A stretch of DNA of 64,000 nucleotides from Eledone cirrhosa (GCA_964016885.1 CAXHJY010001625.1:12981-76980), one strand, 5' to 3'; numbered from the stretch's first letter, positions 13,330 through 26,400 are shown. A program made the numbers and translations. Notes: generated by a model not told the origin, from the letters alone.

Positions 13330-14170
13330 TCATCATCATCGTCGTTTAATGTCCATTTTCCACGCTAGCATGGGTCTGGACGGGAATTGTCCCACTTGAG
13401 GCAAGATTGGTTGTCTTGCTCAGGACTGTCTGGCGGGTTTTCTACGGCTGGATGCCCTTCCTAACACAAACCACGTTTACAGTGGTGGGGTAGGGTTAGT
13501 GGGACGGGTGTGTATTTTGGTTAGGAGGTGCCTACTTAAGCAAGGCGGGTCTTCTGTATTACTACGTAGCGCCAAAGATCTCAGTTCAGTGACATTGTCT
13601 TGGAGAGGTGTAAGTGTGTGAGGTCGGATTTTATCAAGTCGTCCCAGGTTTTTCTGGGTCTGCCTACTCCGTAGCTACTGTCTATTTTGATCGCCCTGCA
13701 CTTTTTTATACAGCTGTCATCTTTCATGCACATCACGTGACCATACCAACATAGTCTTCTCTCGAGTAAACAGCATCTGATCCCTCTTATTCCTAATTTC
13801 TCACTTAGTTCATTTATGCTTTGCCGTTCGCGTATATTACTATTACACATCCAACGGGGCATGCAAGCTTCGTTCCTCTCCAGTCTGCGTAGATCCTCTG
13901 CACACAAGGCCCATGTCTCACTGCCATGTAACATCGCTGTTTGTATGCAGGTATCATACAGCCTGCCTTTTATTTTTAGAGAGAAACCTTTAGTGGCCAA
14001 TAGTGGTATAAGCTCTCTGAACTTTGTCCATCCCGTTCGGACTCTAGCTACAGTAATTTCGGAGCACCCGCCACTGCTGATTTTGTCATCCAGGTAACGG
14101 AAGGTGTCCACTATTTCTATAGAACCATCTGGGCAATGGAATGAGCTAGTATTGTGTGGGCATTTGCATA
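13330..14170 (-). mobile_element. 5'-truncated RTE LINE (ORF C-terminus, shortened 3' UTR, (TGA)n tail)
   Basis: ORF 13581-14219 nearly identical to C-terminus of the element at 14873-18097; 5' end abuts (TA)n. Confidence 0.93.
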
Positions 14171-14185
14171 TATATATATATATAT

Positions 14186-14400
14186 AAGGTAAACAGAAAT
14201 GACAAAAATAACAAAACAAATGGCACAGTACATGGAAGAAATATATTAGTTTAACACTTGGAATAGCAGAAAGATAGTCTTAACGTTTTGGACACTAGCC
14301 CATCATCTGAAGATAGTATTAGAAATAAAAGATAAATAGAAAGTAAATAATGATGAGGAAGGAACAGGAGAAAACGAGAAAAAAAAATTGAGGAGTAAAA
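14186..14400 (-). mobile_element. Penelope-like terminal fragment, family Z (degenerate hammerhead at ~14278-14312)
   Basis: Homologous to 53400-53580 and 58738-58940; same terminus TGTTTACCTT next to (TA)n. Confidence 0.6.
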
Positions 14401-14618
14401 AAACGTTTGTATTCAGTCAACCATCTTGGAGATATATATCATCATCATCACCGTTTAATGTCTGATTTTCCATGCTTGCATGGGTTAGATGGGTCATCCA
14501 TATTAAGATACAAATCTGGTCAGTTGGCAGCATCATACCTTGCTCAAACAGAACTGTATTTTGGCTGGTATTTTTACAGCTGGATACCCTTCCTAATACC
14601 AACCACATTTACAATATA

Positions 14619-14695
<77 letters not shown>

Positions 14696-14872
14696 ACATT
14701 TCGGGTGGGTTATATTGTTATAATATTACCAGAAATAATAATAAAACACACTTACTGTTTGGTTTTGGTTGGTTTCCGCTTCTGTATATTTTATATCCCT
14801 ATAGTTAATTTAGTTGGCAATCAATGTTTATCATTGATTGACCAAACGTTAAAAATATAGATATAAATATAT

Positions 14873-17800
14873 ATAAGCTTTTCTGGGTGGGAAATGACAA
14901 TGGGCTGGGTGGGGTAGGAATCATGGTAGCAGAAAAGTGGGCAGATAAGATAATAGACGTAAATAGAGTGAACGACAGAATAATTAAAATAAGACTTGTC
15001 CTCAATAAAACTACGGTGACAGTAATATCTGCGTACGCACCCCAATCCGGACTGCCCGGCGCTATAAAAGACAGATTCTATGAGACACTGATGCTCGCTA
15101 CCTCCTGTGACGCAAATAACCTAACCATCTGTAACACTAACTTCAAAAAACGAGACAATCACCTGATCACCTATAGATCGGGGGAACACACAAGCCAGGT
15201 AGATTATATCCTTACCAGAAGACGTGACAGAGTGTCTGTTGTTAACACTAAATCCCTCCCCCATGAAGAATGCACCTCCCAACATAGACTGATAATTAGC
15301 GACCTCATAGTCAGGACGAGACGTACTAGACAGCGGAAGAGGACTATCCTCAGGAGAAAAATATGGAAGCTAAAGGACCCCATAGCCAGAAATAAATTTC
15401 AAAGCATATTACTTGATGTAAGGAAGAGCAATTAGAGTGGTATAATATAGAGGAACAGTGGGAATTCCTGAAAGCAAACCTGCTGACGGCGGCAGACGAA
15501 GTCTGTGGCTGGAGCAGGCCTGTAGGTAGGAGGAGAGTAACATGGTGGTGGAACAGTAAGGTGGAGGAGTCAATTAAGGCCAAAAAGCAGGCTTGGAAAG
15601 TATGGCGGGATGGGGGAAGTAGAGAAGACTATCAAGTGGCCAGGAGGGAAGCTAGGAGACAAGTGTACTTCGCAAGAAGGGAAGCAGAGGAAAGAAAGTT
15701 CAAGCATGTTATACAACGTGAGGACCAAAAACGTGAGGTGTTCAGGATTGCTAGGCAATGTGTCAAGGAAAACCGTGATATTGTCGGGGAGAAGTGTGTA
15801 CTTAATGATGATGGCATACTTGCCATCACTGACACTGATAAGAAGGTAGCTTGGAAGTGTCACTACGAAAGGCTTCTAAATGAGAACAAATGGGAGAAAG
15901 ACAGTCTCCTCCACATCGACCCAATAGAGGGACCAGCAGTGTTAGTCGAAGGTAGTATAATAAGTAAGGTAATCAAAGATATGAAGACGGGTAAGGCAGC
16001 TGGGCCTTCGGAAATAGTTGCTGAGATGCTGAAAGCCTCTGGAACGGTGGGACACACCATGGTCACCCGGATAGTAAACCAAGTCATACAGAATGGGGTC
16101 GTTCCGAAGGACTGGCATAGCAGCATCATCATGAACTGTTACAAGGGTAAAAGAGATGCCCTAGATAGGTGTAACTATAGAGGCATTAAATTAATCGACC
16201 AGGTCATGAAGGTCACGGAAAAAGTAATAGCGCAACTAATCAGAGAGAGAATTGATATAGATGAAATGCAGTTCGGGTTTGTGTCAGGAAAAAGTACCAC
16301 AGACGCTCTTTTCATTGTACGACAACTACAGGAGAAGTACCTAGCTAAAAGTAAACCCCTATACTTAGCTTTTGTTGACTTGGAGAAAGCCTTCGACAGA
16401 GTCCCCCGTCCCATTATCTGGTGGGCTCTTAGAAAACTAGGTGTTGATGAATGGCTTGTGAGAGCTATACAAGCCATGTATAAAGAAACAGTCAGCAAGG
16501 TTAGAATTAACAACGAATATAGTGTAGAGTTTAGCGTAAAAGTTGGTGTCCATCAGGGCTCCGTTCTTAGCCCCCTACTATTTATTATTGCCCTTCAGGC
16601 TATAACAGAGGAGTTCAAGACTGGCTGCCCATGGGAACTCCTATACGCAGATGATCTAACGCTCATAGCTGAATCAATGACCGAACTAGAGAAGAAATTC
16701 CAAACATGGAAGCACGGCCTAGAATCAAAAGGCCTTAAAATTAACCTGGCTAAGACTAAAGTTCTAGTTTGTAGGAAATAAAATAAGGCGGCGGTCCCTT
16801 CCGGGAAATGGCCATGCTCAGTATGTAGGAAAGGCGTAGGGAGAAACTCCATTTTATGTCCCAAATGCAAAGTATGGGTGCATAAAAGATGTAGTGGGAT
16901 CACAGGTAAGCTAACTAAGAACATAGATTTTACATGTGGCCGGTGCTCTGGTGCAATAAGTAGCAGCAAGTGCCCACAAAATACTAGCTCTTTCAATTGC
17001 GCAGAGGGTTCTATAGAAATAGTGGACAGCTTCCGTTACCTGGGTGACAAAATCAGCAGTGGGGGAGGGTGCTCTGAAAGTACAGTAGCTAGAGTCAGAA
17101 TTGGATGGAAAAAGTTCAGAGAGCTTATACCACTATTAGCCGCTAGAGGGTTCTTCCTAAAAATGAAAGGCAGGTTATATGATGCCTGCATACGAACAGC
17201 AGTGCTGCATGGCAGTGAGACCTGGGCATTGTGTGCAGAGGATATACGCAGACTAGAGAGGAACGAAGCTTGCATGCTCCGCTGGATGTGCAATAGTAAT
17301 ATACGTGAACGGCTAAGCATAAACGAACTAAGGAAAAAATTAGAAATAAGAGGGATCAGATGTTGTTTACTCGAGAGAAGGCTACGTTGGTACGGTCACG
17401 TGATGCGCATGAAGGACGATAGCTGTATAACAAAGTGCAGGGCAATAAAGATAGACGGTAGCCACGGAGTAGGCAGACCCAGAAAAACCTGGGACGACAT
17501 GATAAATTCCGACCTCACATGCTTACACCTCTCCAAGACAATGTCACTGGACCGAGACCTTTGGCGGTACTCAGTAATAGAGAAGACCCGCCTTACCTAA
17601 ATACAAAGTAAAAACCTACTACAGTCAGTAGGCATCTCTATCAAAACACCCCCCCGTCCCACCACCTCCACCTCCACCCACACCGCCCCTTTCAATGTAA
17701 AGTTATGTTGGTGCCACAACATCCAGGCCGAAACAAATGAGATCGTGTAGGTGTCACGACAAAAAAAACACAGTCCACGCTGTAATGTGGCCGTGTAGGC

Positions 17801-18097
17801 AACACGGTAAAAACCTCCCAGCCCCACACTGTAAATGTGGTTGGTGTTAGGAAGGGCATCCAGCTGTAGAAAACCCGCCAGACAGTCCACGCTGTAATGT
17901 GGCCGTGTAGGCAACACGGTAAAAACCTCCCAGCCCCACACTGTAAATGTGGTTGGTGTTAGGAAGGGCATCCAGCTGTAGAAAACCCGCCAGACAGTCC
18001 TATGCGAGCAAGACAACCACTCTTGCCTCAAGTGGGAAAACCCCCGTCCAAACCCATGCAAGCGTGGAACACGGACGCTAAACCTTGATGATGATGA
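14873..18097 (+). mobile_element. RTE-clade LINE, 5'-truncated and inactivated: APE endonuclease remnant, RT, internal Cys/His finger, 3' UTR, (TGA)n tail
   Basis: VISAYAPQ, QVDYIL, SQHRL; [38 protein letters not shown]; GSETW, GRPRKTW; frameshift near 15435 and in-frame stop at 16779-16781. Confidence 0.96.
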
Positions 18098-18224
18098 TAG
18101 ACCTTCCCCAAATATTACAATATTTGTTTCAACACACGATTTCATATCAAAAACCTTGCAAAACAAATTCATCACCATGTTTATATATATAAATGCATGG
18201 AAGATAGACGTTAAATGATGATGA

Positions 18225-18870
18225 GGATGGTGAGCATCACTCAGCAAGACCTTTGTCAGCCACTCTCCAGCTATCAATTTAAAGCTGTATACAGCTATGG
18301 TGCAGCCACACTTAGAATTTGTATCACCCCTATCTTGCTCAGAACATTGACCACCTGGAAACTGTTCAGGGACGTGCAACCAAGCGAATACCCTCCATCA
18401 GACATCTACCATACTCTGAACACCTTACTTCCCTGGGCATGGATACATTGAAGCCCCGACATCTGGTAACTGACTTGGTAAACACCTACAAAATTATTAA
18501 CCATCTTGCCAACAACAACCCTGAGTACCTTTTTGATTTCCATGTGTCTAACACACGTGAGCATGCCTACAAAGTCAGAAAACAGCACAGTTCCCATGAC
18601 TTTTGGAAACATTTTTTTCACGCTCAGAGTTGCTGAAGCATGGAACAAACTAGCTGCATCAGTTATTAGCTGTCAAAACACTGCATCCTTTAAAACCTCC
18701 ATGCTTCCTGAGATTCACCAACACTACACCTAATATTCCCCCTCCATACACATGTATATCATGACTCATACACTATTCACTTCCCTGACATTTGTATATT
18801 ATTCTATGTACTATACATGCACCTTTGATGAGTTGTAGTGCACCTGAGCACTTTACACAATAATTTCATT
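18225..18870 (+). mobile_element. CR1-like LINE 3' fragment
   Basis: LETVQGRATKRIPS and FFTLRVAEAWNKL; homologous to 41610-42300. Confidence 0.88.
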
Positions 18871-18909
18871 CCCGTGGATTTTGTCTATTGTATTCCTTTG
18901 TTGTATTTC

Positions 18910-18968
18910 GAATGCCTGATGATGTCATCCGATTCGTGCTGAGCCCGGTCGCTGAAATGATCATGGTA
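18910..18968 (+). ncRNA. Degenerate hammerhead-like motif
   Basis: ATGC-CTGATGA...GAAA-TGATCA-TG-GTAT with palindromic helix III; weak helix II and non-canonical cleavage triplet. Confidence 0.35.
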
Positions 18969-19104
18969 TAATAGACCTTTTGGGGAATTGCACCAATCCA
19001 GTCTCCTGTTATTTTATAATATATATCATCATCATCGTTTAACGTCCATCGTCCACGCTTGCATATGTATATATGTATATATATATATATATATGTATAT
19101 AAAA

Positions 19105-19410
19105 AATAATAAAATACAGTCCACGCTGTAATGTGGTCGTGTAGGTAACACAGTAAAAACCTCCCAGTCTACACTGTAAATGTGATTGGTGTTAGGAAGG
19201 GTATCCAGCCGTAGAAAACCTGCCAGATAGTCCTATACGAGCGAGACACGATCACCCAACCAATCTTGCCTCAAGTTGTACAATTCCTGTCTTAAACCCA
19301 TACTAGCGTGGAAGATAGACCTTAAACGATGATGATGATGATGATTATTATATATATATATATATATATATATTTATTGGTAATAATACGACATGACCCT
19401 CCCCAAATAT

Positions 19411-19445
<35 letters not shown>

Positions 19446-19690
19446 GAGGTGCCACAGCAAAAAAGCACCCAGCCCACACTGTAAAGTGGACGTGTAGGCA
19501 CCATGAAAAAAAGCACCCAGCACTCACTGTAAATGAGGTTGGTGTTAGGAAGGGCATCCAGCTGTAGAAACCAAGCCAAAATAAGTTCCTGTATGAGCAA
19601 GGCATGGTCAGCCGACCAGACACTGTCAACAGGACAACCCGTCTAACCCATGCTAGCATGGAAGAACGGACGTAAAACGGTGATGATGAT
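19105..19690 (+). mobile_element. Two RTE-3'UTR/SINE-tail fragments ending in (TGA)n, separated by (TA)n
   Basis: GGTGTTAGGAAGGGCATCCAGCTGTAGAAA and CCCATGCTAGCATGGAAGAACGGACGTAAAA motifs shared with the RTE 3' UTR. Confidence 0.8.
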
Positions 19691-19697
19691 ATATATA

Positions 19698-19904
19698 ATG
19701 AAGGAAGTGTGGTAAGGAACCAGGTGGACCATAACGCACCAGAGTACTCAATACTTAGGGTGGTAGAGTGAGTATTAGGAAAATGTTCAAAACCCCAACG
19801 GCAGAGCTCAAGCCATTTCGACGGCTATTTCTGGACTATTTCAGTCCAGAAATAGCCGTCGAAATGGCTTGAGCTCTGCCGTCAGAGTTTTGAACATTTT
19901 CCTA
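19698..19904 (-). mobile_element. Foldback element family W (Penelope-like terminus with inverted arm)
   Basis: ~62-bp inverted arms at 19776-19904 plus ~80-nt unpaired tail; homologs at 22348, 54183, 61941. Confidence 0.65.
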
Positions 19905-19988
19905 TATGATAAATTAACGGAGCCATAGACTCTCGCTATTCCCTGTCATTAATGTGCTCAAAGGAGAAGGAATCCCGAGCCCTTTATA

Positions 19989-20218
19989 ATACAATATGTA
20001 GAAAAGATAACACACCAGAGAGAGAGATAGTGCGCCATCAGTCAAACAGGGAAAAACCACCACTGTATGGCATCTATAACCCATGGAAGGGAAAGTAGAC
20101 ACACAATAATTAAAAGTATAAATCAAAGTGCAAATACGTACCACTGGTAGCTTTTCCCTGTTTGACTGATGGCGCACTATCGCTCTCTCTGGTGAGTTAT
20201 CTTCTCTACATATTGTAT
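19989..20218. repeat. Inverted repeat, ~70-bp arms with ~80-bp spacer
   Basis: ATACAATATGTAGAAAAGATAAC...CAGGGAAAA versus TTTTCCCTG...GTTATCTTCTCTACATATTGTAT. Confidence 0.85.
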
Positions 20219-20273
20219 CATCATCATCATCATCATTTTACGTCCGCTTTTCCCTGCTTGCAAGGGTGGGACG

Positions 20274-20312
<39 letters not shown>

Positions 20313-21021
20313 AAATATATATATATGTATATATGCGAAAGGTAAACGGATAAACAACACACCAAAACAAGAGCCTGTAACACTTAATGGAGTCGTCGGA
20401 GCAATGTACTGACACACAGTATATCTTAGATATTTGAAGTCTGGCAGAACCCATTTCTTCTTCTTCTCCTTCTTTGAGAGAGTGAGTGAGTGTGGAGGAA
20501 TCTACCCCAATACTGAACTGGTAATTTATTTATCAACCCTGAAAAGATGAAAGGCAAAGATGATTTTGGATTTGAACTCTGACTACAGTGAACCAGAACA
20601 AATACCAAGACACTTTTAATCTGATGTCCTAATTATGCTGCCAATTTGCTTTATATATATATCATTATCATCATCAACATTTTTACATTCAATTTTCCAC
20701 GCTTGGGTTGGACAGGTCCTTTTCTGCACACAATCCCTCCACTTGCTGCATCTCTTTATCATCTACTTTGTGAGCTGAGTGGACTGGCGTAACATGAAAT
20801 ATAGTGTCTTGCTCAAGGACACGTGCTACTAAGAATTAAACACAACCTTATGGTTGTGAGCTAAACATTAGAGTTGGGAGTATATAGAATTTCAGAGAGC
20901 TACTACTTCTGTAAAAGTTGAAGGTGAAAATGCACAGAAGTATTATTTTTTCTTTAATCCAACAGATTGAATAATTTTATAATTGTTGCATTAAATATAA
21001 CCAGTTTCAATTGATATACCA

Positions 21022-21390
21022 ATCATCACCGTTTTACGTCCGTTCTTCCACGCTAGCATGGGTTAGACGGGTTGTCCTGTTGTGGACAGTGTCCGGTTGG
21101 CTGACCTTGTCTTGCTCATACGGGAACTGATTCTGGCTTGATTTCTACAGCTGCATGCTCTTCCTAACACCAACCTCATTTACAGTGAGTGCTGGGCGCT
21201 TTTTTTCCATGGCGCCTACACGTCCACTTTACAGTGTGGGCTGGGTGCTTTTTTGCCGTGGCACCTCCACGACCACTTTGCAGTGGGAGGGGGTGGGGGC
21301 ATATTGTCTATATGCTTCAGCTTCGGCTTGTACCCGTGGGAAGTCGGGTCTTCTGTATTACTGCGTGATGCCAGTGGCCGCGGTCATGTG
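21022..21390 (-). mobile_element. RTE subfamily-2 3' end
   Basis: Matches 57362-57690; (TGA)n tail; last codons of ORF. Confidence 0.82.
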
Positions 21391-21672
21391 TTATATATAT
21401 ATATATATTTTTGTTTCACACACACATACAAACACAAGTGTGTGTGTGAAACAAAAATATATATATATATAACACATGACCGCGACACAAACACAAGTGT
21501 GTGTGTGTGTGTACGTGTATTGTACAATGTGAGTGTACAATACATATATGTTAGGAGAAATTTGTATCAAAAGAAAAAATAGAATGGTCAAATTTGAGGT
21601 TGCTCAAATGAAACAGGCTTCAGTTGCGTTCAATATTTAAAGTTATTATCTATTATTTTTTTTATGTCTGAT

Positions 21673-21710
<38 letters not shown>

Positions 21711-21721
21711 TGTGTGTGTAT

Positions 21722-21835
21722 CCTGGGTTCAATCGAGGGTAACTCAATACATAGCAGAGTATGAATTATTAATATAGAAATGGCTTCTACAGGACTAGAA
21801 CTGTTTCATTCAAAGGAAATCATCAGGATTTTCTC
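21722..21835 (-). mobile_element. Penelope-like terminal fragment with hammerhead core
   Basis: Minus strand CTGATGA-TTTCCTTTGAAT-GAAA-CAGTT; same family as palindrome at 58948-59036; abuts (TG)n. Confidence 0.5.
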
Positions 21836-22302
21836 TATACCATGCATGTTTTCTTAGTTATCTGATATATCTATTTACAAGTGTTGATCGTATTGCTAGG
21901 CACCCGCCGACGCACTACATCTACAATATGGATTCTTCACTTTTTATAGTGAAACATACTCTTATTTGAGCATGTCTGGATGTTATTGTTATAATCGGTT
22001 GGTTAATATTCTTTTTATTGATTTGTATTCACCATTCCTTCCGTAGGTAATATGTTTGTCACTCTGGTGGTTTTTGATCCCCTATGATTGAACTCATATC
22101 TCTGTGTACCTCTCTCTATCATCATCATCATCATCATCATCGTTTAACGTCCGTGTTCCATGCTTGCATGGGTTTGGACGGAGGGTTTTCCCACTTGAGG
22201 CAAGAGTGGTTATCTTGCTCGCATAGGACTATCTGGCGGGTTTTCTACAGCTGGATGCCCTTCCTAACACCAACCACATTTACAGTGTGGGGCTGGATGT
22301 TG

Positions 22303-22347
<45 letters not shown>

Positions 22348-22351
<4 letters not shown>

Positions 22352-22445
22352 AAAAAGTACTTTTTCCTATTACCCACTCTACTACCCTAAGTATTGAGTA
22401 CTCTGGTGCATTATGGTCCATCTGGTTCCTTACCACAATTCCTTT
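22348..22445 (+). mobile_element. Family W copy with collapsed palindrome
   Basis: TAGGAAAAAGTACTTTTTCCTA followed by the family W tail. Confidence 0.7.
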
Positions 22446-22636
22446 GTCCCTTTACAGTCTGAGTTCAAATCCCGCTGAGGTTCACTTTGCCTTTCATCCT
22501 TACGGGCTCGATAAAATAAAGTACCAGTAATGCACTGGCATTACCAGTAATTGCTGGCCTTATGCCAAAAGTAGAAACAATTATATATATATATATATGT
22601 AGTAAATATCTGTAACTGTGAAAAAGTAAAGTATTT

Positions 22637-22676
<40 letters not shown>

Positions 22677-22774
22677 CATGCTAGCATTGAAAATGGATGT
22701 TAGATGATGATGATCATCATCATGCTAGCATGGAAAAGCAGACGTAAAAATGATGATGATGATATATATATATA

Positions 22775-23045
22775 TAATAATGAAAATTATTGTGTACAGT
22801 GCTCAGGTGCACTACAACTCATCAAAGGTTCATGTACAGTTCATAGAATAATGTACAAAAGTCAGGAAAGTGAACAGTGTATGAGTCATGATATACACGC
22901 AGGCAGACAGGCATGCACACACACACACATACACACTCACGTGAGTGCGTGTGTATGGAGAGGGAATATCAGGTGTAGTGTTGGCGAATTTTGGGAAGTA
23001 TGGAAGTTTTGAAGGATGCACTGTTCCAAAAGCTAACAACTGATT
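22775..23045 (-). mobile_element. CR1-like 3' end fragment
   Basis: Reverse homolog of 42080-42310. Confidence 0.82.
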
Positions 23046-23054
23046 GTATGTATG

Positions 23055-23117
<63 letters not shown>

Positions 23118-23118
<1 letters not shown>

Positions 23119-23506
23119 CATCATCATCATCATCATCATTTTACGTCCGCTTTTCCCTGCTTGCAAGGGTGGGATGGGTCTTATTCAGCACAGCATCTCT
23201 CCACTCGTCACGGTCCTTCGTCATCTCCACCGTGAGCTTCAATGATCTGAGGTCTGTTCTCACCACCTCCGCCCATGTTTTTCTTGGTCTACCTCTACCA
23301 CGTCTTCCCTCAACTGACATTTCCTGGCACTTCTTCACCCATCGGTCATCCTCCATGCGCATCACATGTCCATACCACCTCAGTCTCCTCTCCCGTACAC
23401 TACATTCTATCCCTCTCAGACACAGTTTCTCTCTCAACACATTTATGCTGGGTCGTTCACGCACATTGACACTGCACATCCAACGGAGCATGCTTGCCTC
23501 ATTTCT
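23118..23506 (-). mobile_element. RTE subfamily-3 3' fragment with very short UTR
   Basis: RNEASMLRWMC...RRLRWYGHV...GRPRKTW; (TGA)n tail; both ends in (TA)n. Confidence 0.92.
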
Positions 23507-23811
23507 ATATATATATATATCCATATAATCATGGAAAATGTATGTATGATATTGATGATGATATATATACATGTGTTATCTTCAGTTGTGTCAAAGCCAT
23601 CCAACCTCCATATTGGTGGTGCCACAATTAATTGCTCTTAGTAAAGCATTGTTATGCATATAACTAAGATGCAGGTCTCCAACCTATCTGGGAGGTCAGT
23701 AGCTACACCTGTGTACTGACTCGGTCTGTCATGATCTATCCAACCCTTACTAGGGAAAATGGACGTCAAATTTAGATGATATATCATTCATTATCATTTT
23801 GCATCCACTTT

Positions 23812-23853
<42 letters not shown>

Positions 23854-23984
23854 AGACTGTGGTTGTGTGGCTCTGTGGTTGTATGTATGTGTGTGGATGT
23901 ATATCTCTGTGTGTCTATGTTTGTGTCTGTGTTTGTGTCTGTGTCTTTGTGTGTGCCTGTAGCTGTGTGTCTGTTGCTGTGCTT

Positions 23985-24372
23985 GTGTGTGTGGGCATGT
24001 ATGCGTGTCTGTGTATGTGTGTGTGGGCATGTATGCGTGTCTGTGTATGTGCGTGTGGGCATGTATGCGTGTCTGTGTATGTGTGTGTGGGCATGTATGC
24101 GTGTCTGTGTATGTGCATGTGGGCATGTATGCGTGTCTGTGTATGTGTGTGTGGGCATGTATGCGTGTCTGTGTATGTGCGTGAGGGCATGTATGCGTGT
24201 CTGTGTATGTGTGTGTGGGCATGTATGCGTGTCTGTGTATGTGCATGTGGGCATGTATGTGTGTCTGTGTATGTGCGTGTGGGCATGTATGCGTGTCTGT
24301 GTATGTGTGTGTGGGCATGTATGCGTGTCTGTGTATGTGCGTGAGGGCATGTATGTGTGTCTGTGTATGCAT
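23985..24372. repeat. 32-bp minisatellite (GTGTGTGGGCATGTATGCGTGTCTGTGTATGT), ~12 units
   Basis: GGGCATGT recurs every 32 nt. Confidence 0.93.
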
Positions 24373-24562
24373 GTGTGCCTTTGACTGTGTGTGTGTGTAA
24401 GCACGCCATTGCTGTGGGCCTTGGTGGTGATAGGAAACATTTTACACATAAATTTTACCATTAATGATAGTATTATGATGATGATGATGATTTATATCAG
24501 TGTTTATATCTATGGTGTGGCATTTCTAATTTTGAAACACATTGGTCTTCAGTTGTAGAGCT

Positions 24563-25826
24563 GCACATACACACACACACACATACATACACACACGCAC
24601 ACATACATACACACACACATACATACACACACACATACACACGCACACATACATACACACGCACACATACATACACACACACACACACATACACACATAC
24701 ATACACACACACACACATACATACACACACACACACACATACATACACACACATACATACACACACACACATACATACACACACACATACACACACACAC
24801 ATACATACATACACACACACATACATACACACACATTCATACATATTTACAACACATACGTACATAGACACATACATACATATATGCATGCACACACATA
24901 TACACATGCATACATACACACGCATACATACATATATACAACACATACGTACATAGACACATACATACATACATATATGCATGCACACACACACACGCAT
25001 GCATACATACATATATACAACACATACGTACATAGACACATACATACATATATGCATGCACACACATATACACATACGTACACACATACATGCACACATA
25101 CACACATATATTGCCAGGCATAAATCTGCCTGCGTAGACTCCCACTAGTAAATGACAATACCACCCACCTCTACACACATACATGCATACATACATATAT
25201 ACAACACATACGTACATAGACACATACATGCATACATACATATATACAACACATACGTACATAGACACATACATGCATACATACATATATACAACACATA
25301 CGTACATAGACACATACATGCATACATACATATATATACAACACATACGTACATAGAGACATACATGCATACATACATATATACAACACATACATAAATA
25401 CATATATGCATGCACACACATATACACATACATACATACATACACACACATACATACATACACACATACATACACACATACACACACATACATATATATG
25501 CACACATACACACATATTGCCAGGCATAAATCTGCCTGTGTAGACTCCCACTAGTAAATGACAATACCACCCACCTATACACACACACATACATACATAC
25601 ACACATACATACACACATACATACACATACATATATATGCACACATACACACATATTGCCAGGCATAAATCTGCCTGTGTAGACTCCCTCTAGTAAATGA
25701 CAATACCACCCACCTATACACACACACATACATACATACACACATACATACACATACACACATATTGCCAGGCATAAATCTGCCTGTGTAGACTCCCTCT
25801 AGTAAATGATAACAATACCACCCACC
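24563..25826. repeat. (CA)/(CATA) array with ~45-bp higher-order units and four copies of a ~60-bp complex insert
   Basis: ACAACACATACGTACATAGAC units; ATTGCCAGGCATAAATCTGCCTG...CCACCCACCT at ~25110, 25516, 25655, 25763. Confidence 0.92.
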
Positions 25827-26361
25827 TTTGTTGTCATGCTCAAGTAATTGATGTCATACAAATCACACACATTTTTCAGTCACAACTATTCCAACATTGC
25901 ATGTACAGGAGACATTACAAACAGCTGGAGGGATAAGAAAAGACATCAATGCTTTAAAACGTTAATTGACTTTTTATTATATTATAGATTAAATTTCTCA
26001 GTGAATTCAAATCTAAGAAAATAAATTAATCACTTGCATTCTTTAAATGGCATGAAACAAAATCATAAAATTTTACTGTAGAAATGAAGTGGTGAAGTCG
26101 GATAGAGTAACTTAAAAACATGGTCATACGGAGATTCTGTATAGTTTAGTGAAGACTTTTGTAGATGGCTAAGACTAAAGATATTTTTTTTTCTAATTAG
26201 AAATGAAACCTTGGGCAAGTAGAATTATCTTTTACAGAAATACAATGCCTAATTTATAAATTAAATATCATATCGTCATTGTCTTGAAATTAATTGTCTT
26301 TTTTTGTTTTTGTTTTTTGGTCAGTTTGGGTTTTTATTTGTTTTCTTTTTTTGTGGTTGTT

Positions 26362-26400
<39 letters not shown>

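Noticed and set aside
13330-18097. Single twin-primed RTE insertion
   Set aside because: Both parts contain the same 3' region, differ at many sites and are separated by other repeats
25105-25830. CRISPR-like repeat/spacer appearance (also 33262-34700)
   Set aside because: Eukaryotic context, spacers are microsatellite, no cas genes
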